Below are positions 11,194-21,495 of a DNA stretch of 64,000 nucleotides, piece by piece. The notes beneath the pieces were generated by a model. That model saw only the letters and a program-made list of their open reading frames with translations. It made no database searches and was not told where the DNA came from. Every line of letters starts with the position of its first letter. The stretch's first letter is position 1. The translations under genes and the position numbers were made by a program. The stretch covers positions 19,307 through 83,306 of the forward strand of contig JBJOOR010000007.1 of assembly GCA_046051225.1 (NCBI GenBank), in the 5' to 3' direction. This DNA comes from Bacteroidota bacterium (GTDB lineage: Bacteria > Bacteroidota > Bacteroidia > Chitinophagales > CAIODY01).

Positions 11194-12150
11194 TTAAAAA
11201 TATCGTGGCGTAGCAATTTTTCTGTTCATTTGATTCACATCATATCCCAACATTAATTCGTATGAACCACGATTATAGTTTTTTAAATTAGTTAGCGTAA
11301 TATCGTAAGCAAAGCCTAATCTTAGCGTATGATTAATTTCATAAACACTCATCAAGTCAATACTTTCAATATGTTCGGTGGCTACTTTGCTAAAATTGCT
11401 ACGAAATGAAGCACCCAACCATAATGCATCCGAAAAAATAAAGCTTGCATTTGCATCCATTTCGGCTGGTGAATGTGGGGCTATTTTTAATAATGCTGAT
11501 GGCTTAAATTTAATTCCATCTGATATACCAAAAACTCTACCTGCCATTAAAAATAAATGGCGATACTGCTTAGCTACAATGGATGAAACTGTGCCATTCG
11601 ATTTTTCATACAATCTATTATTTACAATGTGAGGCACTGCCATACCAATATAACTTTTTGCTGTGCTATAATATAATCCTGTTCCAAAATTGGCTACAGT
11701 AAAGTTTTTTACAGGATTAGTAAAATTTTCATCGCCCTGATCAAATACTGTAAGTTCATTAAATTTATGCGATATAGTAGTAATAGTAGCTTGCAAACCA
11801 ATAGATAATTTACCTACTTGATTTACTGGAATTCGATAGGCATAACTGCCCGATACATTTGTAAAACTACTAATGCCCAGTTGGTCGCTAGTTACATTTA
11901 AGCCCACTGCTACCCTTTCGTTGCGCAATGGAGCATGAATGCCCACATTAATAGTTCGTGGTGCACCATCCATTTTTACCCATTGGGTTCTATACAATGC
12001 CGTTGCACTTAAACATTCACGGCTGCCAGCATAGGCAGGATTTACCGATAATTGATTCCACATATACATCGTGTATTGTGGATCTTGCTGTGCAAATAAT
12101 TTCATTGAACTTAATGCTGCACAGATTAAAACGAAAATTACTTTTTTCAT
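11194..12150 (-). CDS. type IX secretion system membrane protein, PorP/SprF family
   Basis: 318 aa. N-terminus after the signal peptide, QQDPQYTMYMWNQLSVNPAYAG, is the hallmark of PorP/SprF. Beta-barrel-like, ending ...PRYF. Confidence 0.9.
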   Translation of the reverse strand: MKKVIFVLICAALSSMKLFAQQDPQYTMYMWNQLSVNPAYAGSRECLSATALYRTQWVKMDGAPRTINVGIHAPLRNERVAVGLNVTSDQLGISSFTNVSGSYAYRIPVNQVGKLSIGLQATITTISHKFNELTVFDQGDENFTNPVKNFTVANFGTGLYYSTAKSYIGMAVPHIVNNRLYEKSNGTVSSIVAKQYRHLFLMAGRVFGISDGIKFKPSALLKIAPHSPAEMDANASFIFSDALWLGASFRSNFSKVATEHIESIDLMSVYEINHTLRLGFAYDITLTNLKNYNRGSYELMLGYDVNQMNRKIATPRYF

Positions 12151-12204
12151 TTTGAAATATTTTTTCTGATTAAAAAAATGAATCTATTTGTTTGATTAAA
12201 TTTT

Positions 12205-15200
12205 CTATTTATGAATTACGATATAGCCTTGTTTATCATCATGTTTATTATCGTTAAACTTAAAAATATAAAAGTATGTTCCATCGGGCAATGGTTGGTT
12301 TTGATATGTTCCATCCCATTCGTTTTTATAGGGCTTAGCGCTATACACTTCATTGCCCCAACGATTAAAAATTACAATTTCATTATTCGGGTATTGCAAT
12401 GCACAATTGATAATGAACAAATCATTTTTCTTATCATTATTTGGCGACATGCCTTGCGCAAATACACACTCGGCTTTACAATCATCTTTAAAAATAATTT
12501 TTGCTTTGCTACTTAATCCATTTACAACTATTGAATACATAGCCGAATCAATGCCCGTAAATCCTACATTTGGCTTGTATTGAATAGATGTGCCCGATAC
12601 CGATATTTCGCCATTATGAGCTGGTTGTTCAATATATACATTAATGCTGTTAGAAGAAATGCCCGTATAATCATTTGCTAAAACATTAAAAATAGCGGCT
12701 TCGCAATCAATCATTTTGGTAGTTCCAAATGTGTCGTTGGTGGCTATTGGATTTACTTTAAAATATACAGCTGCTGCTGCACTGCAATTTTTAGATGAAG
12801 TAGAATCAAACAATAAATAATTTACCGAATCTAATCCTATAAATCCTGCATTGGGTTGATATTGAATTTGATTATTTATGATTGTTGCAGTAGCATTTTG
12901 GGTAAATGAATTTACAGCCACCAATATTTTTTTAGGTGTTTGAAAAATATCATTTGCCGATGCATCAACAATAATAGATGTAGTATTTCCACTTATTTCT
13001 ACGGTATCATTATTAGCCATTGGCGATTGTGTAATTTTTGTTGAATGAATAATACTATTGGTACAACCAGCCGATGAATAGGTATAGGTAATTGGTTCGG
13101 ATACATTAACAGTTAAATTAGTTGGAGTTAAATAAGTAATTCCACCAATTGTTTGCAACCCATTGCCGCTAAACACACCGCCAGTTGGGGTTCCAGTTAA
13201 TTGAATTAATGCTGCATTGCTGCAATAAACTGAATCTAAACTAAAGCTAAGCACAGCCGCATGTTGAATGGTTAGCAATACACTATCGGTTGAAAAACAA
13301 CCTGTACCATCGGTAACTGTAACATAATAAGTGGTATTAATAATTGGTGTAACTAATGGATTGGCAATTGCAGGAACGCTGTCATGCGTAGATGCTATCC
13401 AGCTATAAGTATACACCCCCGAACCGCCTGTAGCTGTGGCTGGCGAACCGCCAATATTTATCGAATTGCCCAAACATACATTTTGATTTAGGCCAGCATC
13501 CGAATGTAAAGTACAAGCACCAATAAATACTTTTACAAAAGCTGTATCGCATAAATTAGGTACACCATTATCGCATAATATATATTGGAATGAATCAACC
13601 AATCCTAATGCTGTAAAACCAATATTTGGTGTATAAGTAAATGTTCCATTAGTATTTAAAACAATTGTACCATGCAATGGTGCTACAATACCTGCATTGA
13701 TGCTTATGGTAGAGGTTGATATATTGCCTTCGGGCAATACATTTGAATCATCATCGGTATCATTAGTAGTTACAGGTTGTGCATTGGTGCCAGCAATACC
13801 GCTTGATGGAATAGATAATACATCGGTATTAGCAACTGGTTTACCATTTACACCAATCACATGAATTAATACAATAGCCGTATCGCAAATACTTGTGCCA
13901 GCCGAACAATAGCTGTAAATAAAATAATCATTACCGCTAAAGTTATGATTAGGCGTATATTTTATTGAGCCATTCGCATTTTGAATTACTGTGCCATGCA
14001 ATGGATTTGCGCTTACATAATTCGAAATTAAATTTCCATAAGCACTATCATTTGCTAAAACAAAAATAGTATCAAATGAATTTTCGATTAGTGTATCTAC
14101 ATCATATCGGGCTGTAGGCACATTAGATGCTACTGCTATAAATACTTTTGCAGTATCGCATAAAGTAGGTGTACCATTATCGCAAATTTTATATTCAAAA
14201 CTATCTAAGCCAATAAAACTATTATTAGGTTGATAGGTAACTAAATTGTTTGATACCGACACAATGCCATGCAATGGTTGTAGCAATGTGGCTGGCAATG
14301 TTACAGTAAGATTCATGCCTTGCGGTGCTGTATTGGTTGTATCATTATCTCTATCATTTAATAATACTTGAATGGTAGTACTGGTATTAATGGCTGTACT
14401 TTTTACATCATTTACAGCTATTGGTTTATCATTTACTGGCAATACATTTAAGTTTACAATAGCTGTATCGCAAATACCAAAAATATTATTGTAACAAATA
14501 TTATAAATGAAATAATCAGTGCCATTATAATTTGCATCTGGGATATAATCAACTGTATTATTTGTATTAATATTTAGAGTGCCATGCGAAGGATTTTGGG
14601 TAATAAAAATGGTTACCGTTTCGCCGTTTATTAAAATGTCATTGGCTAAAATATTTATGTTGGCTACCGAATCTTCATGCAACACTGCATTATTATAAAC
14701 TGCATTTAGCGGTGCAATAATATTTACAAATACCCAAGCTGTGCTGCACAAATGAAATGGCGGAACAACAGATGTATCACAAATAGTATATTGAAATGAA
14801 TCAACGCCATAAAAACCTGGAAGTGCAATATAATTTATTTGATTACCCACTTGTGATACAAACCCAAATACAGGGTTGCCAATTGATGAAATTGAAAATG
14901 GATTATTATTTACATCATGATCATTTGCCAAAACAGAAATATTAGCCGAACCATTTATTAAAATTGTATCATAATCATTAATGGCTGTTGGTGCTAAATT
15001 GCCCGATGATACTTTAATATAAACTTTTGCTGTTGAACATAAAATTCCATTTATATCACAAATAGTATAGGTAAATGAATCTAAACCAAAGTATGAAGAA
15101 TTGGGTGTGTAAGTAATTGTTCCGTTTACATTAACTACAGTAGTACCATGCGAAGCTTGCGCAGCAGATGTGATGCTAAATGATAATCCATCAACATCAA

Positions 15201-18200
15201 AATCGTTGGTAAGAACTGAAATAGTTCTAACCACCCCAACACCTGTTGAGTCATTATCATTAATAGCCGTAGGGCCATCAGCAACAGGAATAATATTTAT
15301 ATTCCATGTTTTTATCACACAATCTGTATTACAATTGGTATTACAGATAGCATATTTTACGCTATCTGTTCCATTATAATTTAAGTTAGGTAAATAATTA
15401 AATACACCATTGCTTACTGAAACCAAAGTACCATGAAGTGGTGGTGTAGTAATAGATAATGTCATCGCATCATTCTCGGGGTCGGTAGCACCATTATACA
15501 AATTTTGATTTGTAATAATTACATCTTCATTAGTGTTGCTTGAAAAACCACTTGCTATTGGTAATTGATTAGCATGAATTTTTATAGTATCAAATGATGA
15601 ACAATTATTTGAATCAACAACTGAAACAACATAAGTTTCATCGGCATTAGTAGGTGTTACTAAAATTGAACCAATTGTATTGCTAAATCCAGTGCCTTGG
15701 TTAAACCAATTCATCGAAACAACATTTCCATAACCAGTTGGTGTTAAAAGTGCTGATTGATTATTGCAAATAGAATCTTTAGCCGTTGAAATATTTATGG
15801 TTGGTAAAGCATACACCCTAAATTGTACAGAATCAGCTGCAATACAACCTAATGGTGATGTGCCTAATAAAATAAAAGTTCTTACACCTGGTGTATCTGT
15901 ATTTACAATTGGTGTTGGAATAGTTGCATTGCTTAATGAATAAGCTGGCGACCAAGCAAACGTTTCACCAATAATTGGGCTGCTGCCTTGCAATAATTTT
16001 ACTGTGCTTTTGCAGGTGCTAATATCGGCTCCAGCATTTACTGATGAAGGGTTTACGGTAATAACTACCGAATCTAAATTGATGCAATTATTACCTCTAT
16101 TAGTAGCTACATAATAAAGATATTGAACTGGAAATGCTGTGTTGTTCTGTATCGTAGCTATTGGATTGGGTAAATTAGCATTATTTAAACCACCTATTGG
16201 CGACCATTGATAAGTATAACTTCCAATTGCACAATCGCCTATTTGAACAGGTAAGCCGCCACATACAGATTTAAACGCACCAGCATTTTGCAAATAAATA
16301 GGTGTAGCCAAGGTAAATGTGCCCGAGCATAAACACAAATTTGTAGTATCAAAAGCAGCTATCAATTTACAAGCAAAGCCTGCTGGCAATTCGGTTGAAT
16401 CTACCAATGAAAGTGTTTGATAATAACCCAACCCAGCTGTAGAATAATGTGTGCTTAACAAACTATCACCAGCCGATACTTGATTGTTGCCATCTTTATC
16501 GGCATATATTTTTATTCCAAAATTTGTTCCGGGCAAAATGGCTGTGGTACTAGTGTTCAACACGGTTGCATTAAAATATACATTTTCAGAATTAGTAATA
16601 CAATTAGGTTTTGATGTAGCCGTTAAATTTGTAAATCTGATATCAGGAAATACATTTTCAATCAACGAATCTCTAATGCCAGTTAAACTATAAATGGTAC
16701 AAGTTTGATTAGGCAAAGGTAATGATGCGCAAAATAATGGTGGTGTAGGTGCTACAGTTTTGGCAGATAAAGTAAAAAAGCCACATGGTAAATTAGGTGC
16801 TAAGATTAAATTAAAATTCCATTCCATCGAATCGCCAGCTACTACGCCAGTTGGCAATGTCCATTCAAATCTAGTTATACCATATACATTGCTCACAACT
16901 GGGCTTCCAATTAATGGTGAATTATGGATACTAGCAAATGAACTAGCAGCATAACTACTACCTGTAGGTGCATCAAAATAAAATTTATCTGCTGCTCCTG
17001 TTGCATTAGTACCAATGTTATTTATTTTAATTGAAATAGGATTAATATTTGATAATCTACATGAGTTATAACCATTAGGCGATGTGAACGTAATTTTAGT
17101 ATCATAAGGTTTATTTGCACCCGTAATATTTAATGAATTGGCAGGTGTTATAAATTTGTTTACATCAGTGCCACAAGGCGATTGAGCAGTAGCATTAAAA
17201 CTTAGTGTACTACCCGATAAATAATTACAATCTGTATTTACTGCAAATAATAATTTGAAATGATTATTTAATGGCGACCCAGCCAAACCAGGCAATCCAA
17301 TTGAATCGATATAACTATTAATTGTTGAATCAATTGTAAAACTATATTGATTGTATTGACCAACAACAGTTTTTGGGTCGGCTATTGATTTATAAATTGC
17401 ATTAAGCGGATAACTGAATCGAGCTGAACCTACTTCAAAATTCATTCCTTGTGGAAGCTTAATGTACACTTTTACATTTTTCGCATTTGCAATTTGTGGG
17501 TTTAATACATCAACAAAAAATGTATCTATAGCACATAAAGCATTAATTGATTTATTGTTAGTTGCTACTAATTGTAGCTCGGCTTGTTTAGGAAAAATTC
17601 TTAATGTAATAGAATCGCTCATACATTTTTTTGATGCAAAAGAAGCAGGATAATGCGAACAATTCCAACCCGTAAATAATTTAAAGCTATCAATATTGCA
17701 CGATTCAAAAGTTACATTAACTCTTAAATTTTTTAAGCCATTGGTTGCAATATTACCTACTCTATACATATCATTTTTCTTAGTTAAGCTAATGCCTGAC
17801 GGTAAAGCTGTGATAGAATTGATTACCATACCTGTTGGTAAATTTTGAGCCGAAACCCATACACTATCAGCATTTGATGTACCCGATTGATTGGCAATTG
17901 AAAAATCAATATCTACTGGATTGGTTAATGCATCGGTAATTAAAAATGTTGAATTTAGTTTCAATACAGGTTGCAAATAAGTAATACTACTTCCATAATT
18001 TTCTAACGGGCCATGAATGCTTTTCACACTTCCAAACAATCCATAATTGCCCGATTGATTATCACTCCATCCCCATATAGAAGTATCAATAGTTGCTTTT
18101 GAAAAATGAAATTCGCTTAACCAGTTATTCAATTGCGTTTGTCCATTTGGCACTTCGCAAGTAGGCTGCAATACCAAATTATAATTACCCCTCCATCCAT

Positions 18201-21105
18201 CATCGCTTATTGGCAATGTGCCACCATTGATAGTATATAATGATGAAAGATTGAAAATTAAAGTATCGCCCACTTTGGTTGGCGTAGGTAATGGTACATT
18301 ACTATAAGTAGTTGTAATGCCCGAACCGCCTGTATAAAAGAAATTGCCAAAGCCAGCAATAAAATCGTAGCCAATTGGCAATTTATACAATATCGATTTT
18401 TGATAAGCCCAAGGGCGATATTCAAATGGAAAAGCGTTACCGCCATCAAAATTAGAACTACCACCACCCACTGCACAAAAGAATGAACCTGTAACTGTTG
18501 TACTGCCACAACTGTTTACAGTGGTAGCATTACAAGTACCACATGATGGACCATAAGTACGAATACCATACGATGTTAAAGCACCCGAAAAACCATCGCA
18601 TTGATATTTTAATGCTGATGATGAAGGATTGGCAACTGTAGAAATAAAAAATTCATTACTTTCAGAAATAGCATTTGTAGCCTGACCAGGATTGTAGGTG
18701 CAACGTAATTTTACAGCTATCATAACACTATCGCCTTGTTTTAATTGATAGCTTATTGGTAAGCCAAATGCTTGTAAAGATGATGGCGAAAAATCTACAC
18801 TAAAATTTTTATAACTATATCCATTTACTTGTGGATTGCTGAATGTAACAGGTACATTATTTATGGTATGAATGGTATGCGTTACAGAATCTATTAATTT
18901 AACAACTGCATTTACAGGCATAAAACCGCTATTGCCATTAAACGATGATTTTGCATACCCATTTGTAAAATTGGTAATAGTGCCCAATTTAATTTGCCCA
19001 GTATAGTTCATCAATATAGTATCCCCAAACATATAACGTTCGGTTTTTATTTTATTCAAATCAATATTTCCATCAGGCAAACCATTGTTGTTGGTATCGC
19101 CTTTTCCAAAATTTATACGCTGAATTTTAAAGTCTTCAAATGCCAAACCTCCAGTGGGGCAAGGCACTGCACAATGCAAACTGGTATTCATGCTACCACA
19201 TTTTAAATGAAAAATATTGTTGCCAACACAGGTAGAATCGGTATTCAAATTCCATGTATAAAATACAAATTTTGTTCCGCCAATGCCTGTGCAATTAGCT
19301 GTGGCTTTGAACGAGAAGGTGGGTGTAGTACTAGCAAAATTGCTAGGTATTTGCGATAATTTCCAAAAGAAAATTACCGTATCATTATGCTGATAATATT
19401 TATATGGATTCCACGAATTGCCCGTAGGGCCTGTAAATCCAACTTGATTTATATTGCCATTCCATGCCAAACCATTATCAAATTTTAAAACAACAGATGC
19501 TATTCCCTTATCATTAGCGGAAAAATCTGAAAAAGAAATTAAAGTAAAATTTTCTTGCGAAAAGGTATAAGTATTATTGGCTTTTACATCGGTAGGCACT
19601 AAATTATTTGAATAATTTAATGCAAAAATAGTAAACCCTACTCCACCACCTGTGCCTTGTGGAATATTGTAAACTACAGTATTACAATAGTTTTGATAAG
19701 TTCCAGGTTGCAAAGTTGCACCACCCCATGTATCATTTTGACCACAATAAGAATTTGGTCGTAAAGTATCAACCATGTTGTAATATAACAACACACTATC
19801 ACCTGTTAAAATAGAATTTAATTTTACCGATACTTGCGCATATTTTGGATGACCAGGTGTAAATGCTAAACCACTTGAAATAGGACTTGATACACCAATT
19901 GGATGCACACGAACCGATGCACCATTATTATATTGCATATAAATACTCGAAGTATCTATCCATGAGGCTAAAGTGGTATTAATGGTTAAGCCTGCTCCAA
20001 CTATGCTTGGATTTAAAATAATATCTGTAGCTGTACCATTGCCTGTATTTTTTATTTTGTATGATTGTTGGCGAAAATAATGTTTGCCCGTATTAAAACA
20101 TTTGTTGTGATAACTGCGTTGCAAAGTACCTATAATGCTTAATGATGGAAATAAATTGGGCAACGTTACCGATGCACTAGTTTGATTATTATTGGTAGTG
20201 CTGGTACAAGTATTACCAAAGCATCCCCAGTAAGCTGTCATGTTGCTAATTAAATTTGTACAACCCGAAAGTTGCACTGTTTCAGTAAATTCAAAATATT
20301 CATTTTGCTCAAATAGTGAATCTCCATCTGCATTCAATGAGTTATTTTGAATATCGGCTGCTGTAAAATTGATGATTGTACTATCGCCACCAATACCGCC
20401 ATTAAAGCTAACATTACTAAAATTGGGCGATATACTTTGAATAGATAAATTAGAAGTATTCTCATCTAAAAATTTTAATGCCCCTGGCAATATATATCCG
20501 TTACCACCATTAGTTACTCGTATTGTTCTGGTAAATGTAAAGGGAGGATTTGTGCTACTCGAATAATTTTGATTGGTAATCATACTTACCGAAACCGAAG
20601 GCACTAATACTGGAATGGCTGATGTAGTAAGACGATTAAAAAAATTATTGGTATTCCAAAAAGCATCTATTCTATTTTTAATATTGCCCGACCCAAAATT
20701 TTGTATATAAGTTAAAATATCGCAACTAACTTTTGTTGTAAAATAGAATGTAGCTGTGCCACCCAATGCAGCTAAAGTAGGCATGGTAAAAATTACAGAA
20801 TCGCTACCAATTAATTGTTGTTGAACTACACTTCCGCCAAATACACTATTATTAATATAATTAAATCCGAATGGCATTTTTACTCTTACATTACAATCTG
20901 TAATAGCCGACGAACTTACATTGGTAACTACTATTCTAATAGTATCTGCATTGCCACAGGCATTAAATGAATGCAGATTTACCGAAGTAATTTGAACACT
21001 ACTACTAATTATTTGTGCCTTAGTTTGAGTTGAAAACAGCGCTACAACGCTGCATACAAACAACATGAATACAAATGTTTTTTTCAGATTTAATAATGGA
21101 TGCAT
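12205..21105 (-). CDS. giant cell-surface adhesin with gliding-motility-associated (T9SS type B) C-terminal domain
   Basis: 2966 aa with a signal peptide. About ten Ig/cadherin-like ~95-100-aa repeats. The terminal ~85 aa (FAQGMSPNNDKKNDLFII...IFNRWGNEVY...WDGTY...LPDGTYFYIF...GYIVIHK) match the type B CTD. Confidence 0.9.
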   Translation of the reverse strand: MHPLLNLKKTFVFMLFVCSVVALFSTQTKAQIISSSVQITSVNLHSFNACGNADTIRIVVTNVSSSAITDCNVRVKMPFGFNYINNSVFGGSVVQQQLIGSDSVIFTMPTLAALGGTATFYFTTKVSCDILTYIQNFGSGNIKNRIDAFWNTNNFFNRLTTSAIPVLVPSVSVSMITNQNYSSSTNPPFTFTRTIRVTNGGNGYILPGALKFLDENTSNLSIQSISPNFSNVSFNGGIGGDSTIINFTAADIQNNSLNADGDSLFEQNEYFEFTETVQLSGCTNLISNMTAYWGCFGNTCTSTTNNNQTSASVTLPNLFPSLSIIGTLQRSYHNKCFNTGKHYFRQQSYKIKNTGNGTATDIILNPSIVGAGLTINTTLASWIDTSSIYMQYNNGASVRVHPIGVSSPISSGLAFTPGHPKYAQVSVKLNSILTGDSVLLYYNMVDTLRPNSYCGQNDTWGGATLQPGTYQNYCNTVVYNIPQGTGGGVGFTIFALNYSNNLVPTDVKANNTYTFSQENFTLISFSDFSANDKGIASVVLKFDNGLAWNGNINQVGFTGPTGNSWNPYKYYQHNDTVIFFWKLSQIPSNFASTTPTFSFKATANCTGIGGTKFVFYTWNLNTDSTCVGNNIFHLKCGSMNTSLHCAVPCPTGGLAFEDFKIQRINFGKGDTNNNGLPDGNIDLNKIKTERYMFGDTILMNYTGQIKLGTITNFTNGYAKSSFNGNSGFMPVNAVVKLIDSVTHTIHTINNVPVTFSNPQVNGYSYKNFSVDFSPSSLQAFGLPISYQLKQGDSVMIAVKLRCTYNPGQATNAISESNEFFISTVANPSSSALKYQCDGFSGALTSYGIRTYGPSCGTCNATTVNSCGSTTVTGSFFCAVGGGSSNFDGGNAFPFEYRPWAYQKSILYKLPIGYDFIAGFGNFFYTGGSGITTTYSNVPLPTPTKVGDTLIFNLSSLYTINGGTLPISDDGWRGNYNLVLQPTCEVPNGQTQLNNWLSEFHFSKATIDTSIWGWSDNQSGNYGLFGSVKSIHGPLENYGSSITYLQPVLKLNSTFLITDALTNPVDIDFSIANQSGTSNADSVWVSAQNLPTGMVINSITALPSGISLTKKNDMYRVGNIATNGLKNLRVNVTFESCNIDSFKLFTGWNCSHYPASFASKKCMSDSITLRIFPKQAELQLVATNNKSINALCAIDTFFVDVLNPQIANAKNVKVYIKLPQGMNFEVGSARFSYPLNAIYKSIADPKTVVGQYNQYSFTIDSTINSYIDSIGLPGLAGSPLNNHFKLLFAVNTDCNYLSGSTLSFNATAQSPCGTDVNKFITPANSLNITGANKPYDTKITFTSPNGYNSCRLSNINPISIKINNIGTNATGAADKFYFDAPTGSSYAASSFASIHNSPLIGSPVVSNVYGITRFEWTLPTGVVAGDSMEWNFNLILAPNLPCGFFTLSAKTVAPTPPLFCASLPLPNQTCTIYSLTGIRDSLIENVFPDIRFTNLTATSKPNCITNSENVYFNATVLNTSTTAILPGTNFGIKIYADKDGNNQVSAGDSLLSTHYSTAGLGYYQTLSLVDSTELPAGFACKLIAAFDTTNLCLCSGTFTLATPIYLQNAGAFKSVCGGLPVQIGDCAIGSYTYQWSPIGGLNNANLPNPIATIQNNTAFPVQYLYYVATNRGNNCINLDSVVITVNPSSVNAGADISTCKSTVKLLQGSSPIIGETFAWSPAYSLSNATIPTPIVNTDTPGVRTFILLGTSPLGCIAADSVQFRVYALPTINISTAKDSICNNQSALLTPTGYGNVVSMNWFNQGTGFSNTIGSILVTPTNADETYVVSVVDSNNCSSFDTIKIHANQLPIASGFSSNTNEDVIITNQNLYNGATDPENDAMTLSITTPPLHGTLVSVSNGVFNYLPNLNYNGTDSVKYAICNTNCNTDCVIKTWNINIIPVADGPTAINDNDSTGVGVVRTISVLTNDFDVDGLSFSITSAAQASHGTTVVNVNGTITYTPNSSYFGLDSFTYTICDINGILCSTAKVYIKVSSGNLAPTAINDYDTILINGSANISVLANDHDVNNNPFSISSIGNPVFGFVSQVGNQINYIALPGFYGVDSFQYTICDTSVVPPFHLCSTAWVFVNIIAPLNAVYNNAVLHEDSVANINILANDILINGETVTIFITQNPSHGTLNINTNNTVDYIPDANYNGTDYFIYNICYNNIFGICDTAIVNLNVLPVNDKPIAVNDVKSTAINTSTTIQVLLNDRDNDTTNTAPQGMNLTVTLPATLLQPLHGIVSVSNNLVTYQPNNSFIGLDSFEYKICDNGTPTLCDTAKVFIAVASNVPTARYDVDTLIENSFDTIFVLANDSAYGNLISNYVSANPLHGTVIQNANGSIKYTPNHNFSGNDYFIYSYCSAGTSICDTAIVLIHVIGVNGKPVANTDVLSIPSSGIAGTNAQPVTTNDTDDDSNVLPEGNISTSTISINAGIVAPLHGTIVLNTNGTFTYTPNIGFTALGLVDSFQYILCDNGVPNLCDTAFVKVFIGACTLHSDAGLNQNVCLGNSINIGGSPATATGGSGVYTYSWIASTHDSVPAIANPLVTPIINTTYYVTVTDGTGCFSTDSVLLTIQHAAVLSFSLDSVYCSNAALIQLTGTPTGGVFSGNGLQTIGGITYLTPTNLTVNVSEPITYTYSSAGCTNSIIHSTKITQSPMANNDTVEISGNTTSIIVDASANDIFQTPKKILVAVNSFTQNATATIINNQIQYQPNAGFIGLDSVNYLLFDSTSSKNCSAAAAVYFKVNPIATNDTFGTTKMIDCEAAIFNVLANDYTGISSNSINVYIEQPAHNGEISVSGTSIQYKPNVGFTGIDSAMYSIVVNGLSSKAKIIFKDDCKAECVFAQGMSPNNDKKNDLFIINCALQYPNNEIVIFNRWGNEVYSAKPYKNEWDGTYQNQPLPDGTYFYIFKFNDNKHDDKQGYIVIHK
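12830..15800 (-). repeat. tandem Ig/cadherin-like domain repeats inside the adhesin gene
   Basis: A ~95-100-aa unit recurs: P.A.ND..........I.VL.ND.D........I......HG.......G...Y.P...F.G.D.F.Y..CD....CDTA.V.I.V. Eight consecutive copies, plus two more after a Cys-rich interruption. Confidence 0.7.
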
Positions 21106-21299
21106 AATAGATGTATTGAGATATTTCGAAATATAGAATTTATTCTGATACTATAAAATACGTTTTTATGCTTTTCATTCAACAATCAAAAAAAACTAAT
21201 AGAAAAAAATAGACGGTTGGATAATATTTTCAATCCCCCCAATCTGTCATTCTTTCAATATAAATTCAGTTTTCTACAATTTTTGTCACAGCAAAAATG

Positions 21300-21307
21300 T
21301 AATTTTG
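21300..21307 (+). promoter_or_regulatory. -7 box TAatTTTG, candidate groES-groEL promoter with a long leader
   Basis: taattttg matches TAnnTTTG. It lies 189 nt upstream of the groES ATG and no closer match was seen. Confidence 0.3.
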
Positions 21308-21321
21308 CAGCCTTTTAGAAG

Positions 21322-21361
21322 ATTTGACAGACTAACTGCCGTGGCATTGTTTCTGTCAAAT
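21322..21361 (+). promoter_or_regulatory. hairpin / inverted repeat in the groES leader
   Basis: Perfect 9-bp arms atttgacag (21322-21330) / ctgtcaaat (21353-21361) around a 22-nt loop. Confidence 0.35.
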
Positions 21362-21370
21362 GAGGAACGT

Positions 21371-21449
21371 AATTAGTCAATGGTCAATAGTCATTAGTAA
21401 AAGCAAATAAATTTTGTGTTCACCAATGATAGATGACTAATGACGAATC
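21371..21449. repeat. heptamer-repeat palindromic element, copy A (groES leader)
   Basis: Left arm of 7-nt units: ttagtca atggtca atagtca ttagtaa. Right arm of complementary units: tgataga tgactaa tgacgaa. The central loop is shared with copy B. Confidence 0.7.
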
Positions 21450-21495
21450 TATAACTTAAATAATAATTATCAAATAACTTAATCAAATCAAAACA

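Noticed and set aside
21121-21134. Perfect 14-bp palindrome atatttcgaaatat, 16 nt upstream of the adhesin start, as a possible operator.
   Set aside because: It is AT-only apart from the central CG, and such palindromes arise easily in this composition. On the minus strand it overlaps a near-consensus -7 box (TAtaTTTC), which explains the sequence adequately.
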